Positions 12,214 to 25,267 of a stretch of DNA of 64,000 nt are shown here, piece by piece. Position 1 is the stretch's first letter. Each line of letters begins with the position of its first letter. Source of the DNA: Lingula anatina (Eukaryota > Animalia > Brachiopoda); NCBI GenBank assembly GCA_051362555.1, contig CM120649.1:11284001-11348000 (forward strand). The letters are read 5' to 3'. The position numbers and the translations under genes are program-made. The notes beneath the pieces are model-generated. The model saw only the letters and a list, made by a program, of their open reading frames with translations, was not told where the DNA came from and made no database searches.

Positions 12214-14534
12214 TTACATATGTGGCCACGAAAGAACTAGTGGCAGTATCGCGACTGAGAAGATGGAAAACCATCCCGAACACATCGCAGCTTTCGTGGT
12301 CGCCGAAGCCGGCTTGGGGGAATGTGAAAAAATGCCTGTTGCAGGCGAGTTGCCCTGTCCAGTGGGGTTATTTGAGAGACATTTTCGCCAGTGGTTATCT
12401 CGGATAACGTATATCGGCACATCTGTCCCATTGTACACAATGGCTGGCTTGTTTGCAGCAATCTTGTCCTCAAGTTCGAACAACTTACGGAGTCCTTCAT
12501 TGTAACTTCTAACATATTCACTAAGCATAAGCGGTATGGAGATTTGAAATATGGTGCTGTTGGTGAATTCTTTGGTCTGTTCACCGGAGAGAGATGTGGT
12601 ATTCAACAAAGCACATTCAGGCCGCTTATGTCTGTAAATATTCCACTGGATGACATGTAATTCAAGAAGGCGTATTGTTTCTATATCGTCGACCAAATCA
12701 TAACGAGCAAACGATTCACATTTGGTTGATGCCTGGAAAACATCAACACTTGAAGGAAATCTTAATGCAATGGTAAGAGTATATACCGCATTGAAAAGAT
12801 GAGAAAACGGTGTCGGACAGTCGTCTCCACCTCTCCTTCCAGGGCAAGCGATCTGAAGGAAAGAATTGCAGTTAGATACAATGCTCATATATCTAGGAAA
12901 CGTCACTGATTTATGTCTAATCAATGCATAGTGTTGGACTTAATCACAGCAAAACACCGCTTGGTTTATAATTCTAACAAACTTGATTGACTGCAACCTT
13001 TATGTTATGTGTATAGCAGTTAATTGTATAGCAATCGTAAAGTTACTCACCAAGTTATCGTTTGGCTGGCAGGGTTTAGTTGAATCTTGTTTATGTGGAT
13101 CAATATATGCGTAGAAACCCAAAGGTGAGAATCCTCTTGCGTTCAAATCGACTACAATGAAATATGTCAATCAGGCAGTTGTCTCCTTTCAAACTTAAAT
13201 ATATACATTTAGATGCTGAGCATAATACAGGCTATAGACATGTTTTTAAACAGCTTTGACATGGCATTCTCAAGTCTAGATTTAAAATCGTACTTTTTCA
13301 TGCTTACAAAACCAGAATCAACGATTCGGGTTATAAAAAAAGGCGAAAAGACATTAAGTTATAGAGAAAAAAAGGTTAATCCGTCAACCAGCTTATTGTC
13401 AGAAATGGTAATAATAAAATACCCACCATCAGTAGGACACTCCACAACTACTGGAGGCTTCTCAAAGTTGCAGAGCCAGCAGAAATGGCTTTTGGCATAG
13501 GTGACGGTGTGTCTGCTTGGTATGATCCGGGTTATGGAATAGTTCGAGTCTTCACACAGGTCCTTATAAGGTGACATGGGGTTACAGTGAGCACCATCGT
13601 ACCATTGTGCACCCAGCACGTGTCTGTTAAACCTGCCGCCGACACAAGGCCTTCCAGTGAATCCCTCTGGCTCGTGGTGATAAAGAAAGCAATCGGGAGC
13701 CTCCTTTACTACATTAAAAACGTCAGTCAAAATGGAAATAGATGCAAAAGCTTCAAAATTTGTCGATAAACACACCACAGATGTTGACCATGGTATGTAG
13801 TGGCTCAAACCATGGCAACGGGCGCAAAAGGAATTCTGAAATGTGAGTTCAGATTTGGGATCGGTAACGGGAAAGTGAGTATCAGCTTCAATTATTGATT
13901 TTGACGGCCTCTCGCACCTCTCGCGTATTGTATTGTTCGGCCAATTGCTTGGGCAGGATACAACCATCCAGGAGTACTTGCGGGTCATTGTCAGCTTACG
14001 GGAATTGAATTCCTTCGAACTTTGTGAACGGCATTCTACGTCATTTGGACCTATGACCAATGTATGCGATGTAGATGACCTATGAGATCTGCGATTTGCT
14101 GTTTCAGCGACGTTCTTGCACTCCAACTGAGCGACGGAGCAGCAGTCACCAAAGATGCCACAGATTTCATCGCAGTAGCACGAGATGTAGATTTGGTCAA
14201 AATGAAGATCTGTGGCTTCATACTTGACGCAAAAACCTTGGCGTGTGGGGAATGATGGCGTTGTTATGTTATTCAAAGGGTTTGGTGCCATTGCAGGGTT
14301 GTCTTTGGAATTTTCTCCGAGACTGATAGGCAGGCTAGACGTCGATGTGCGTGAGCCAATTCGCAAAGCATTCGCTGTTTGGCGATGCCATTCCACTGGT
14401 ATTCCACTGGTATTCGTGACTGGAGGTGACGAAGACATAACCTGAAGATTTTCTCTGCTAGCATATATCTGGTTGTGTTGGCCAATTACAGCGCAGAGAA
14501 AGTAAATGTACAGGATAAGCTGACCGCCCTGCAT
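12214..14534 (-). CDS. Somatomedin-B (SMB) domain cysteine-rich surface protein, predicted GPI-anchored (~615 aa)
   Basis: Exons 14534-13427, 13151-13051 and 12852-12214 join in frame (1848 nt). It has a signal peptide (LILYIYFLCAVIG), SMB motif CYCDEICGIFGDCC, the CP..W...C and PVTD...TFQN.FCARCH motifs of invertebrate SMB-type adhesion-GPCR ectodomains, and a hydrophobic C-terminus with no cytoplasmic tail. Confidence 0.8.
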
Positions 14535-14984
14535 TGTGCGCTATTTATTCGGTCTTATATCTTCCTCTTGTTTCAATTAACCTGATCCTAAATTAGATAT
14601 ACTTCAACTTAGTATCTCTTCAAATAAACCGCGCACGAAAGTTAAGTGGCTTAAAATAAGCCAAATAAATCTAAATCACTATAAAGATTAATCATGGAGA
14701 TTTTATACCCATATTTACCGCTCCTCTCTTTGGAGCTTTAAAAATGTAAAGGTTATTTGTGGATAAGAAGCAGACAGACTCCATAGATTGGTAAACCAGG
14801 ACCATTTGAACGATTTCATATTTAACAAAAAGATCACAAAAGCGAGTGCTCTGCAAAGAATAGGACCCGCCACGTGTCCATATATCTCGCACTGGGCCCT
14901 ATTATCCGTAATTCATGAGGGGGAGTGCTCAGTTCGCTTTGGAGCGTTTTTACAACAGATGATTCTCGAACTAACTGATCTGTG

Positions 14985-15185
14985 GACTTAATATGGCCGA
15001 CCCCACTTAAAAGCAAGCTGCTTGATATCCTGAGCGTCTCTTGGCCACACACACGAGCCGTTAAACATATTAAATCTCGGCTCCGAGGTTCACTTGCTAG
15101 ACCCCTGCAAGGACGGCGCGTGTGGAGGCAGGGAGACCATTAGGGGATAAGGCGGCTTGCTTTTAAGTGGGTGGGCCATATTTGG
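14985..15185. mobile_element. Diverged palindromic MITE-like repeat (related to 17172-17484 and 37690-37860)
   Basis: AATATGGCC..CCCACTTAAAAGCAAGC is inverted with GCTTGCTTTTAAGTGGG.GGGCCATATT. It shares AAATCTCGG.TC and GGAGGC.GGGAGACCAT with the other copies. Confidence 0.65.
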
Positions 15186-17171
15186 TCATATCTGTAAATC
15201 TGCTGATCAACCTGTTTAAAATGCGATCTAATTGTTCCCATTGTCCACGAAGGTATGAAGTACAGACTTCACTTTCGATCGGGCGACAAGGTGAAACTCA
15301 GATACATATTTGCTGAAAGATTATTTGATAAAGGCTGGCCAGTTTCTCGTTGTAGAATATGTTTGATATACATGTAGCAAAGTCTACTTCTAAACTAGGC
15401 TAGACATTTCCGACTCACAATTGTAATAATTAACTCTTACCAGCTTTCACAAGTAGGCTATTTTTTGAAGATTCCCAGTATAACAGGCGTGGTGAGTAGT
15501 AGCATGGGTAAAAACGTGCTCAGTTGACAACTAAATTTCTAGTCTTTGAATAAAAAGAAAAAAAAAATAAAAAAAAAACTCGAAATAACATGTTTCCTGT
15601 GAGTTTTAAGTAAGACGAACTAAATTCCTACTCGATGTTTTGACGAACATATCTCAAGATTCTCCTGTCCTGCGTTATGTCTTCTACAAAGTTTATTGCA
15701 GCAAATACACCAAAACATCCGGTGACAATGTAAATGGCCGCAAACACATTATACAATGATGGATTAAAACAAAATGCAATGCTTAATCTAAGAAAATAAA
15801 ACTAAAGCAGTGAAAATATATGATGATTTGGTTTCTTGTTTTACGTAAGCTCAGAAACTTCACAGTTGAAAGAATAAACGAAATCTCAGGACATCTCAAA
15901 ATACGAATATGGATTTGTCAACCTCACGAATATAAGGTGCGTGAAACTTTTGTTTGGATCTGCTGTTTCATTTAAGAGGCTTAATTTGCTGTTGTGAGGA
16001 AATGTAATGCACATAGTATTTTTTTAGTATTTCGGGGTTGTGCCAGGGGTATGTTAATGTGTTTCAATTCTTAGTTAATGAGATTTAATCCGAAACTAAG
16101 GGAATTTTTCCCATTTTTTCTCTCGTAACGTCTTTTTCCATTACAAAGTCCTCCAGGTCAATTAAAAATACTAAAAATAGAAAAAGGGAAGGGCATTGAT
16201 CTGATTTGTGTATATGATATGGAATTATCCTAGGTTTTAAATTTCTGTCCTATAAACAGCATTTACTAATTTTGCATTGACTAATAAAAAACAATAAATA
16301 ACATGTGGTTTTAGATTAAATCAAAGAAATTCTGGGAATATAACTGAACAGTGCTGGAACACATATCACTAGGCCTATTTATTCAAAAATCCTTTCAACT
16401 ATCGAAACAGTTTCCTGTTCATTCAGGTATTTCTGACCACTATTGTCAGTATCTTAAGCGTCCTCCCTGTATACGTAATATACAGGCATATGTACAAGCC
16501 GATACACACTTTGCACCATTCTATCTGTATTCTCTCACAAAAACTTTGAAAGAGCCTGCACACAACATTTACTGCAACTATAAACTTTACAGATACTGGA
16601 TTCAGTGAATTCATTGAAATGAACTCATGTGTGACATAGTGAGGAATACGGCAGCAAGAGACGGATGAGTAGATTTATGTTGCACAATCAACAAAGAGCA
16701 TTTATTTACAATGTTGTTGTAATACTGGCATATGCCAAAATAAACTTGAAAAGTTTCTTTTGAGGCACAATTTATGTTAAACGACCTTGAATGTGTAAGC
16801 GCCAGCGCACCAATTTACTTGGAGATCTACAAAACCTTTCGATACATCCATAATTTTTTCTGACATCTTGGCTACACGTGTACTAGCACAATACACCTAA
16901 CAGTCACGTCATGGCACTCTTGTTGGCTATTTTGGATGTAATTTTCAAGTTTGGAATTTTGTGAAAGAGTGTTTCTACTTAAACCTTGACGTGCAGTGTT
17001 TAAATTTTTGCCTGGAAAACTTAAAATGGTACTACAATTTTATGTGGGAGTCGAAAAGTTGTAGTTTGCGAAGTCATAGTTTATAGCGGTAATTGGTAAA
17101 CTTCATTCCCCGTACATCACTGTATTTATGGAGGGAACTTTGAAAACCTATAGTAAGATCCCTATGATTTA

Positions 17172-17484
17172 GGGACCATTCAGATCGAGAAGAGCCGAGT
17201 GCTAGCTAGGCCGCGTCCTAAATGTGGCGGACCTACATGAAAGGAAGACCGCTTAATCCTGTAATGGTCTCTCCGCCTCTCACACGCCTCTCCACGTGCC
17301 GTCCCTACAGGGGCACAGTAATTAAATCTCGGCTCAATTCAACCGGTCGAGATTCGACGCGTGGGGAGGCTGGTGAGAGGCGGAGAGACCATTACAGGAT
17401 TAAGCGGTCTTCCTTTCATGTAGGTCCGCCATATTTAGGTCGCGGCCTAGCTAGCAGCCTGCTCTTCTCGATCTGAATGGTCCC
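17172..17484. mobile_element. Foldback MITE, 313 bp, with ~120-bp near-perfect inverted arms
   Basis: GGGACCATTCAGATCGAGAAGAGC...GCTCTTCTCGATCTGAATGGTCCC; flanks are TTA and ATA. Confidence 0.85.
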
Positions 17485-18274
17485 ATATACTATTGTCTAT
17501 ATTGAATACTTGGGCACATTTATGCTGATCGTAAGTACTGTTTACTTATAAACAACATCTACGAAAGCAGCCAAATCTGAACTTGGATTCATACTTTTCT
17601 TTAACCAGGATTCCTCAAGTTGTTTAACTCATTTCCCCCAAGACTTTTTGAATGATATTAAAATTATGACGGTCTACCCTTACTTGTATCTTACCGAACG
17701 TAAATATGCCTTTTAAAAAGTTCTGAATAACTATCAAATCTGTTGCAAATATTTCATTAAAACATTCCTGATATAACTTAAAAGAAGCAATTAACGATAG
17801 AAAAAAATCAATGCTAGGAATTTGCATATAAAATCTTTACACCGGAGAAAAAATCAACTTGTCTTTTACCTTGCCTCCAGCTTCCAGAAAACCAACCTGT
17901 CCGTCTTCAACCCTCAGTGGCGTGGACCTTCTTTGCAGTTTGAGGGGAGAATCTCAGCTATTTATTGGAAATTTACCCAAATCTATTTACTTGAAATTGC
18001 TGGTTGCAATCACAACAAGATACACATAATTACACCTGCTAAATAACTTGTTATACAATAATCCATTCCACATTTCCAATCTTGCGTGCTGCACGTGATG
18101 GATCCAGATGATAAAAAATAATGATGATCAAAAGCGAAGATAAGACGAGGTCCAATCACGGAGCAGTCAACTCAACGTGACCAAACAAAAAGAAAAGCCT
18201 TTCCAGTGAAAAGCAACTTGTAATTTTTATTTACACCTACGATCATATCTCGGATCCTAGTTGACATGTAGCGA

Positions 18275-18518
18275 GTTTTTTTTCCTGTTTAATCCGTTGC
18301 AGTTTTAATTTTCTAGGTACTATCTGACGAAGAAAAGCATGTGTTTGATTATTTTAAAATTGTTTCATGTCCTTATAAATTCAGGTCTAATCATCAGATT
18401 ATGTAAAGCCTACATGTTCAAACACTTCATGCTGAGCATACATGTACGTGTTGACTGTTTGTTTAGAGTTTTGTTGTTGTGAAATAAGATGAAAATTAGA
18501 ATAATAATAATAATAATA

Positions 18519-18566
<48 letters not shown>

Positions 18567-19639
18567 AACTTTATCTTAAGAAGGTAAAACATGCAAAGTA
18601 AACACTCATCTTCCACGTGACCTTCTTTGAGAGATTAGAATAAAATATTGTTTAAAAAGCAAATTTTAAATATTTATAAAAAAAACCTTCCGACCATTGA
18701 ATTCTTGGGTGGTTTTTATGCAACACTTCACCTATTTCCAACTTGATATTCGCTGGTGAAGACAAATATTATGTAATATCACCACGTCGGCTTCAATTAT
18801 GATGCCTAGATTTATTTCATCAGTCACGACCAGGTCTGGCACATTTACAACTTATACCTTGAAAATTGCCCCACACACGTTATCGCATGATCTGCGTTTC
18901 ACACTAAGAGAAAATTGAACGAAAAAACAAGCCTTTTTTTCCTTTTTGTGGGCAGCATGTCAATTATTGTTTTATTGGCGAAATCAAAATCTCGTGTTAT
19001 TGAAATCTTTGACGTAGTTCACAGATGCTGCTGCTTCCTCGTTGGCTGATTGCACGAAATTCGAAATAGCTAACCGAAGTACGTGGTCTCCACCTAATGG
19101 CCCATGATAACGCCCGACTAGTTTGTTATCTGAATCCATCTTGACGGTCTTCTACGAGCACTGTACAACGGCTTAATATGAGAAGGAGCGAAGGAAAGGT
19201 GGGAAACAGTGAAGCCCTTTGTTTGCATATGACCATCACATCCAATGTTAATTTGAAATCTACGCCTCTATAACCCTAGGCATATTACGTATATTTCAAT
19301 AGTAATTCGTTGCAATCAAAATCTGGTGCTTGGTAGTTATTTTAATTTTCTAAACTATCTGGGATCTTTATTCTAAACTATCTGGGATCCTATGAAGCAA
19401 GCTCTTTTCCTGTTTAATACGTTGCAGTTTGACCTTTCTAGGCACTATCTTAAAAAAAAACAAAAAAACCCACGTGTTTGATTATTTATAATTGTTTCAT
19501 TTTCTTATTAATTCAGGTCTTATCATCAGATTTTGTAAAACCCAGCATGTTCAAAGACTTCCCATGTACGCGTTGACTGTTGGTGTGAAGTGCGATGAGA
19601 ATTGCTGTAGGCCTAATGATAATAATAATAATAATTGTT

Positions 19640-19683
<44 letters not shown>

Positions 19684-20247
19684 GTTCATCTTAAGAGGGT
19701 AAAACATGTTAAGTTTTACCCTCTTAAGATAAAACATTTAAACATGGCTTTCTTTGAGTGGTTAGAATAAATATTGCTTAAATTATAAATTTTAAATGTT
19801 TAAAAAATATATATAAAATTATTTTATCACTTCAGTGTAAAGATAACAGTGGTTACATAAGCGATGGTGATAAAACAAATTTTCATACATTTTGGGGGGC
19901 ATCTTTCGAAACTTTGAACCTTCCTTTGAACCTTTGAATCCTTGGGGGATTTTTTATTGCAACACTTCATTGTTTTCCAACTTGATATTGGCTGATGAAG
20001 ACAAAATTTATGTTGAACGTCCTAGTTTGTATATGCTTTCTATTATTTATACTTGTATGAAATTAATGTTTTATATTTCCATTATATTCCATTTATATTA
20101 GTTGAATGTACAGTACTGCTATTTATATTATACATTATTTATTGTTTTTATGTATTATAAATGAAACAGTGACTTATAAGCTCACTGGGGCTGGGTGCAA
20201 AAAGAAAAAAAATGTATCTGTATTACTTGCATTAGAGCACAGGTCAC

Positions 20248-20287
<40 letters not shown>

Positions 20288-20710
20288 ACAAAACTAAATC
20301 GCCTACGTCGTCTTCAACTATTATCTCTGGATCTTTTTCATCACTCACCACCAGGAATCACTGATTAAGAAGCTATACCTTGAAAATAACCGCACAAGCG
20401 TTATCGCATGATCTACATTTCATGCTAAGAGAAAATAAAACCCTTACAGCATTTTTGTGGGCAATATTTTCTTAATGGCGAAATCAGCATCTCGTGTTGC
20501 TGAAATCTTTGACGTATTTCACAGATGCTGCTGCTTCCTCGTTGGCTGGATTGCACGGAAATCGAAATATCTAACCGAAGTACGTGGCCCATGATAACGC
20601 CCGATTATACTATTATCCGAACCCATCTTTAAAGACTTGCGAGAACTTTACAACGGCTTAATATGAGAAGGAGCGAAGGAAACGGGGACACTGAACCCCT
20701 TTGCTTGCAT
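18275..20710. repeat. ~1-kb diverged tandem segmental duplication (copy A ~18275-19230, copy B ~19405-20710)
   Basis: Colinear blocks, e.g. TTTTCCTGTTTAAT.CGTTGCAG and GAAATCTTTGACGTA.TTCACAGATGCTGCTGCTTCCTCGTTGGCTG, occur in both copies. Copy B has an extra ~270-bp AT-rich insert at ~20020-20295. Confidence 0.88.
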
Positions 20711-21085
20711 GGCCTGCCAGAACACTACACCATATTACACTCGTGTTAATTTGGACTTCAAACACGGGGTTGAAGGTAACACTGTGTTTATACCTCGCCA
20801 ACTTGTCGTTTTGGTAATGATTTCTTTACTGCAGCCATTAACAGCATCGTTCGACTTTAAGAATGTATGCTTCAGCACACCTTTTTTTCGCTCTTTCTCA
20901 GATTTTTCTTTGAAACTTTGTTACATGTACCCACGGTCAGCGCCTGTGAAATCAATTTAACACTGGTCTGTAACGAAAACTATAAAACACATCTGATTTC
21001 TAGACTGCCTGGATCTATATCCAAACCAACATACCTCTATATACACACAGCGTTAGAATTGCACCGCCTTTATATATAACGAGTA

Positions 21086-21130
<45 letters not shown>

Positions 21131-21763
21131 CGAGCTCGCAAATGGGCGATTTTACGAAGATATTATATTATTAAAGCATGATATAACTCTCAGTAGTCTT
21201 TACCTTAATAGCTACTGTATTATACACTGTTATGTGTCGGACATAGGCCTACTAATCCCCAATCCACATTAACAATTAATTTTGTATGTCTTAAACCCTG
21301 CATTTGCATTGGATCTGTGGAATTAATCATGATCATTGGCATTTCATTTGGTTTCCTACAGAATACTTTTGAAGGGCAGAAACCACTAAATCAGGCGTCT
21401 GTAGTTCAGTGAGAGAAAATTAGTGCTTTTTTCCTTTTTTCCTGACATTTTTTGTGTGTTGCTAGGGTTAATTTTGGTATCAACTAGCAGGTTAGGGTGT
21501 AAACTACTGCCAGTTTTTTTTTTTCAGGACCAGGCACAGATGCCGTGCAGTCGTGAGACCTCTGGCGGAGGGGGCTACTGACTGTGAGTGGTGCAGTGGT
21601 TTGTTTACAAACAGAGGGGTGCACATGTTCAAGTAATGCCGGTAAGAAATAATGTCTGATGACAGTATATTTTTTGCCATTGGGAGTTATGTCAGTGTGT
21701 CTGCTGTCCATGGGGATGGGAAATGTTTCATCCATTAATTTTGTTCATGCAGTTTTACAGGCA

Positions 21764-24700
21764 TAAGATAAGAGTTTATTTAGCCAATTATAAAAATCGG
21801 AAATCATTTTCCATTGGAGCAATATACAGAGTAAAATAATAAAATAATAAATAAATAAATTAAGAATTTAGCTTTGAGATCAAATTAAAATGCGTCACTG
21901 CACTTGGATAAAAGCTGTTTAAAAAGCGTTTACTGCCTTTAAAAGTTAAAAGTCTACTGTTGCTTGGTAAAAAAGTAAAAAGAGAGGATGCAGGATGGAA
22001 AGCGTCTTTCATGGTGTTGACAATTCTTTTCTCCATCCTGTCCTTAAAAATATCATCCAGCTTGGGGAGATCTTGTCCGATAATCCTGCTTGCAGTTTTT
22101 ACAACGTTTGCTAATTTCTTCCTTTCCTCCCCAGCTGTTCCGCTATACCATATTATAATTCCGTACGCTAGAATGCTTTCAATTACACACCTATAAAAAT
22201 TGACTAAAATAGGCACACTATCAGTAAAAGTTCTCAACGATCTTAAAAAATACAGTCTTTGCCGTGCCTTCTTTACACTCTTTACGGTGTTATCTTTCCA
22301 ATTCAATTTACTGTTAAGGTGTATACCAAGTAGTTTAAATTCCTCTACCCTACTAACTTCATCATTACCAATGGTGAGTGGTACCTTTACATTCTGATTC
22401 CTTCTAAAATCCACTATCATTTCTTTGGTTTTAGCTACGTTCAAGATAAGATCATTACTCTCGCACCAGCTTAACAACGACTCAACAGATTCTCTATATG
22501 TACTCTCGTCATTATCAGTGACTAGCCCCACCAGCGTAGTATCGTCCGCAAATTTCATGAGAAAAGTCCCATCGCTTACACTAGTGCAATCGTAAGTAAA
22601 AAGGGAGTAAAGACAAGGTGAAAGGACGCATCCCTGTGGTGCACCGGTATTTAAGACTGTTATTTTTGAGCTAAATGAGCCGACTTTAACAGATTGTCTT
22701 CTATCTAAAAGAAAGTCTAAAATCCAGTCACAAATAAAAACAGGTAGCTTAAGATGGTTTAAAAGTTTCAAATATAGTTTTTTTGGCACAATTGTGTTAA
22801 AAGCTGAACTGTAGTCAATAAATAAAATCCTTGCATAAGAGTTTTTGTTATCTAAGTGTTGTAGTACAGTGTGTAGGCACAGATTAACTGCATCTTCAAC
22901 ATTTCTGTTAGATCGATAAGCGAATTGCAGTGGGTCCAAGGTTTTTGGCACAATTTCTTTAATAAAATTTAAAACTAATTTTTCTAAAATTTTCATGGGC
23001 ACCGGAGTCAGAGCCACGGGTCTGAGATCGTTTAAGCTGGTAACTCGGTTGGATTTTGGTACCGGTGTCACGTGTACGGTCCGTTCTGCGTGAACCATCC
23101 GTCCTGACCGATTGTACACGCAGCAGACGCGTGTATGAACCGTTCCGTGAATGATCCGTTGTTACTCACCTGTACTGTTATATTCGGCTAGTTCATTCCC
23201 TACCAAATTATACATTTACTATGATGGGGATAAAGTTCATGTGTTAATTGATAATTTTGATAGAGAATCAGCGTCAAATTACAGCTTGATGCATGGATGA
23301 ACCTACCATGGACGGGCCGTCGTTATTCAGCTGCTGGCTACCATTTTAGTACTGATTTTACTAGGCTAGTGTGTTGATATGGCCACCTGAGGGAAATCAC
23401 AGTAGAGGTGAACATCTAAAAGATATGAATACTTCTAAATATTATGTTTGAATTTGCAGTATGTTCTCAACAGCGCATGTTTATTAAAGGCTAAGAATGT
23501 ATTCATGACTATTGAGACGGACTGTACACGCCAGAAGTCTCTCAGATTTGCCTGCGCTTTGTGCGCATGAGCAGAACGGATTGTTCACGCTCCGAGCGGT
23601 ACACGCCACACCGGGATGATAGACGCCGTCTTCCAGAGCAATGGTACTTTGCGGATTTGTAGAGACCAGTTGTAGATGACAGTAAAAACGTACGCAAGTT
23701 GGTCAGCACAGAGTTTGAGAACACGAGGTGAAATTCCATCTGGCCCAGACGCCTTACGAACATTGAGGCGCATAAATTGCCGTTTTACTTGCCAGGGGTG
23801 AATGGTGAGCGGAACTGCTTCAGTATTGTCAGCTTGGGAAGTCGGAGGTAAAACCGTTGTAGAAGAACTATTGTCTTTATCAAAGCGTGCATAAAAGTCA
23901 TTCAGTTTGTCCGGTAGTGACGCGTCTCCTTTGTCAGCAGAGTGTTTTGAGCCCTTGTAGTTAGTAATTAAGGAGATATTTGACCACAGTTCCCTAGAGT
24001 TCTTAGTGTTAAAGCTTTCCTCTATTTTGCTTTTCGTGCATTTCTTAGCTTCTTTGATCGCCTTCTTCAGTTGGAGTTTAGCTCTGCGATAGGTCTCTGG
24101 GTCATTCTGTTTTTCGCAGAATGCCTGGTCTTTCTTCTTTATTAGTTGGCGTACGTTCTTATTCATCCATCTCTTGTCATTAGGATATCGGGTCACTGTC
24201 TTAGTTGGTATACAAATCTCCTCGCAGAAACGTATGTACTCCGTCACAGTCAAGGTGTAATCCTCTATGTTGTTGTCACATTTCAACACAGACCAATCCG
24301 TACACTCAAAACAGCCCTGCAATTTATCTATAGCTGATTGTGAGTAGATGCTAACGTTATGAGATTCGGGTTTCCCTCTTTTCAATTCTTGTTTATATGC
24401 TGGAATCAAGAGAATTGTGCAGTGGTCTGAATTCCCCAGAGGCGATCTCCTCATCGCTTTATACGCTCCTTTGACTGGGCAGTAGCAGTTATCGAGAGTA
24501 TTTTTGCCTCTGGTCGGAAAAGTGACATACGATCGGTAATTTGGCAGAACGGTTTTCAAATTGGTCTTGTTGAAGTCGCCGAGAACAATGGATAAGCAAT
24601 TAGGGTGCGAGCTTTCGTAGGAGTTAATGACCGATGACAAAGTGGCCATTGCTTTCTTCGCGTCCGCCCTGGGGTGAGTGTATACTCCGGTCAGCATAAC

Positions 24701-24832
24701 ACAAGAGAATTCCCTTGGCAAATAAAATGGTCTGCATTTGACGGTTAGGTACTCTATGTCCGGGGAACATCGGTTAAAAACTACACTGGCATCGGTGCAC
24801 CATCGATCATTTACAAGAAAACATACTCCTGG
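21764..24832 (-). mobile_element. 5'-truncated non-LTR retrotransposon, Rex1/Babar-type (APE endonuclease + reverse transcriptase), interrupted by a solo LTR
   Basis: Endonuclease motifs GDFN, TLDNCY and SDH; RT motifs RPVALT, LDPLQFAY, FIDYSSAFNTI, GAPQGCVLSP and KFADD; C-terminal KKARQRLYFLR. Removing 23066-23610 plus one CCGG restores ...TASIIPVPKSNR... in a single open frame. Confidence 0.92.
23066..23610. mobile_element. Solo LTR (545 bp), probably Ty3/Gypsy-type
   Basis: Begins TGTCACGTGTAC and ends GTACACGCCACA (TG...CA, imperfect 12-bp inverted ends). 4-bp target-site duplication CCGG at 23062-23065 and 23611-23614. Non-coding. Confidence 0.8.
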
Positions 24833-25267
24833 ACGGCAACAAAGGCATTTCTTAGTATGGTCGTCAATGGGTAATTATTCGGTGGTTTCTGCCCTATTAT
24901 TGCGTCCTAGTTCAGACATAGTCTGCACGCTGAAACGGCGGACACGCTGTTATAGTTTTCCCGGTGAGCTATATAGGCCTATGTATTCACTGCTTTTCTT
25001 CTTATACAAATGACGCAATGTCTTGCCGGAGGCATACATCCATTGTTCATTTGAAATCTACGCTATATAACCCCAGGCATTTTACGAATATTTCAATGGT
25101 AATTCACTGCAGTCATATGCCGGTACTTGGCAGGCGCATTCATTTTCTGTTCGACTGCAGCAATCATTTTTAAAAGGCTAGAGCATCAGCTTAATAAATT
25201 ATTGGTCAGGAAACAGTTTTAACGACGTGGAAGTATTAGTACCTTCATACATGCAGTGTCGTGGGCA

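Noticed and set aside
21087-21129. Long poly(A) as a retrocopy tail
   Set aside because: No recognisable upstream coding or SINE body and no TSD; homopolymers are common throughout the window.
23069-23119. N-terminus of the 419-aa RT ORF as a real start
   Set aside because: These residues come from the inserted solo LTR; the true frame continues from the 23611-24832 segment.
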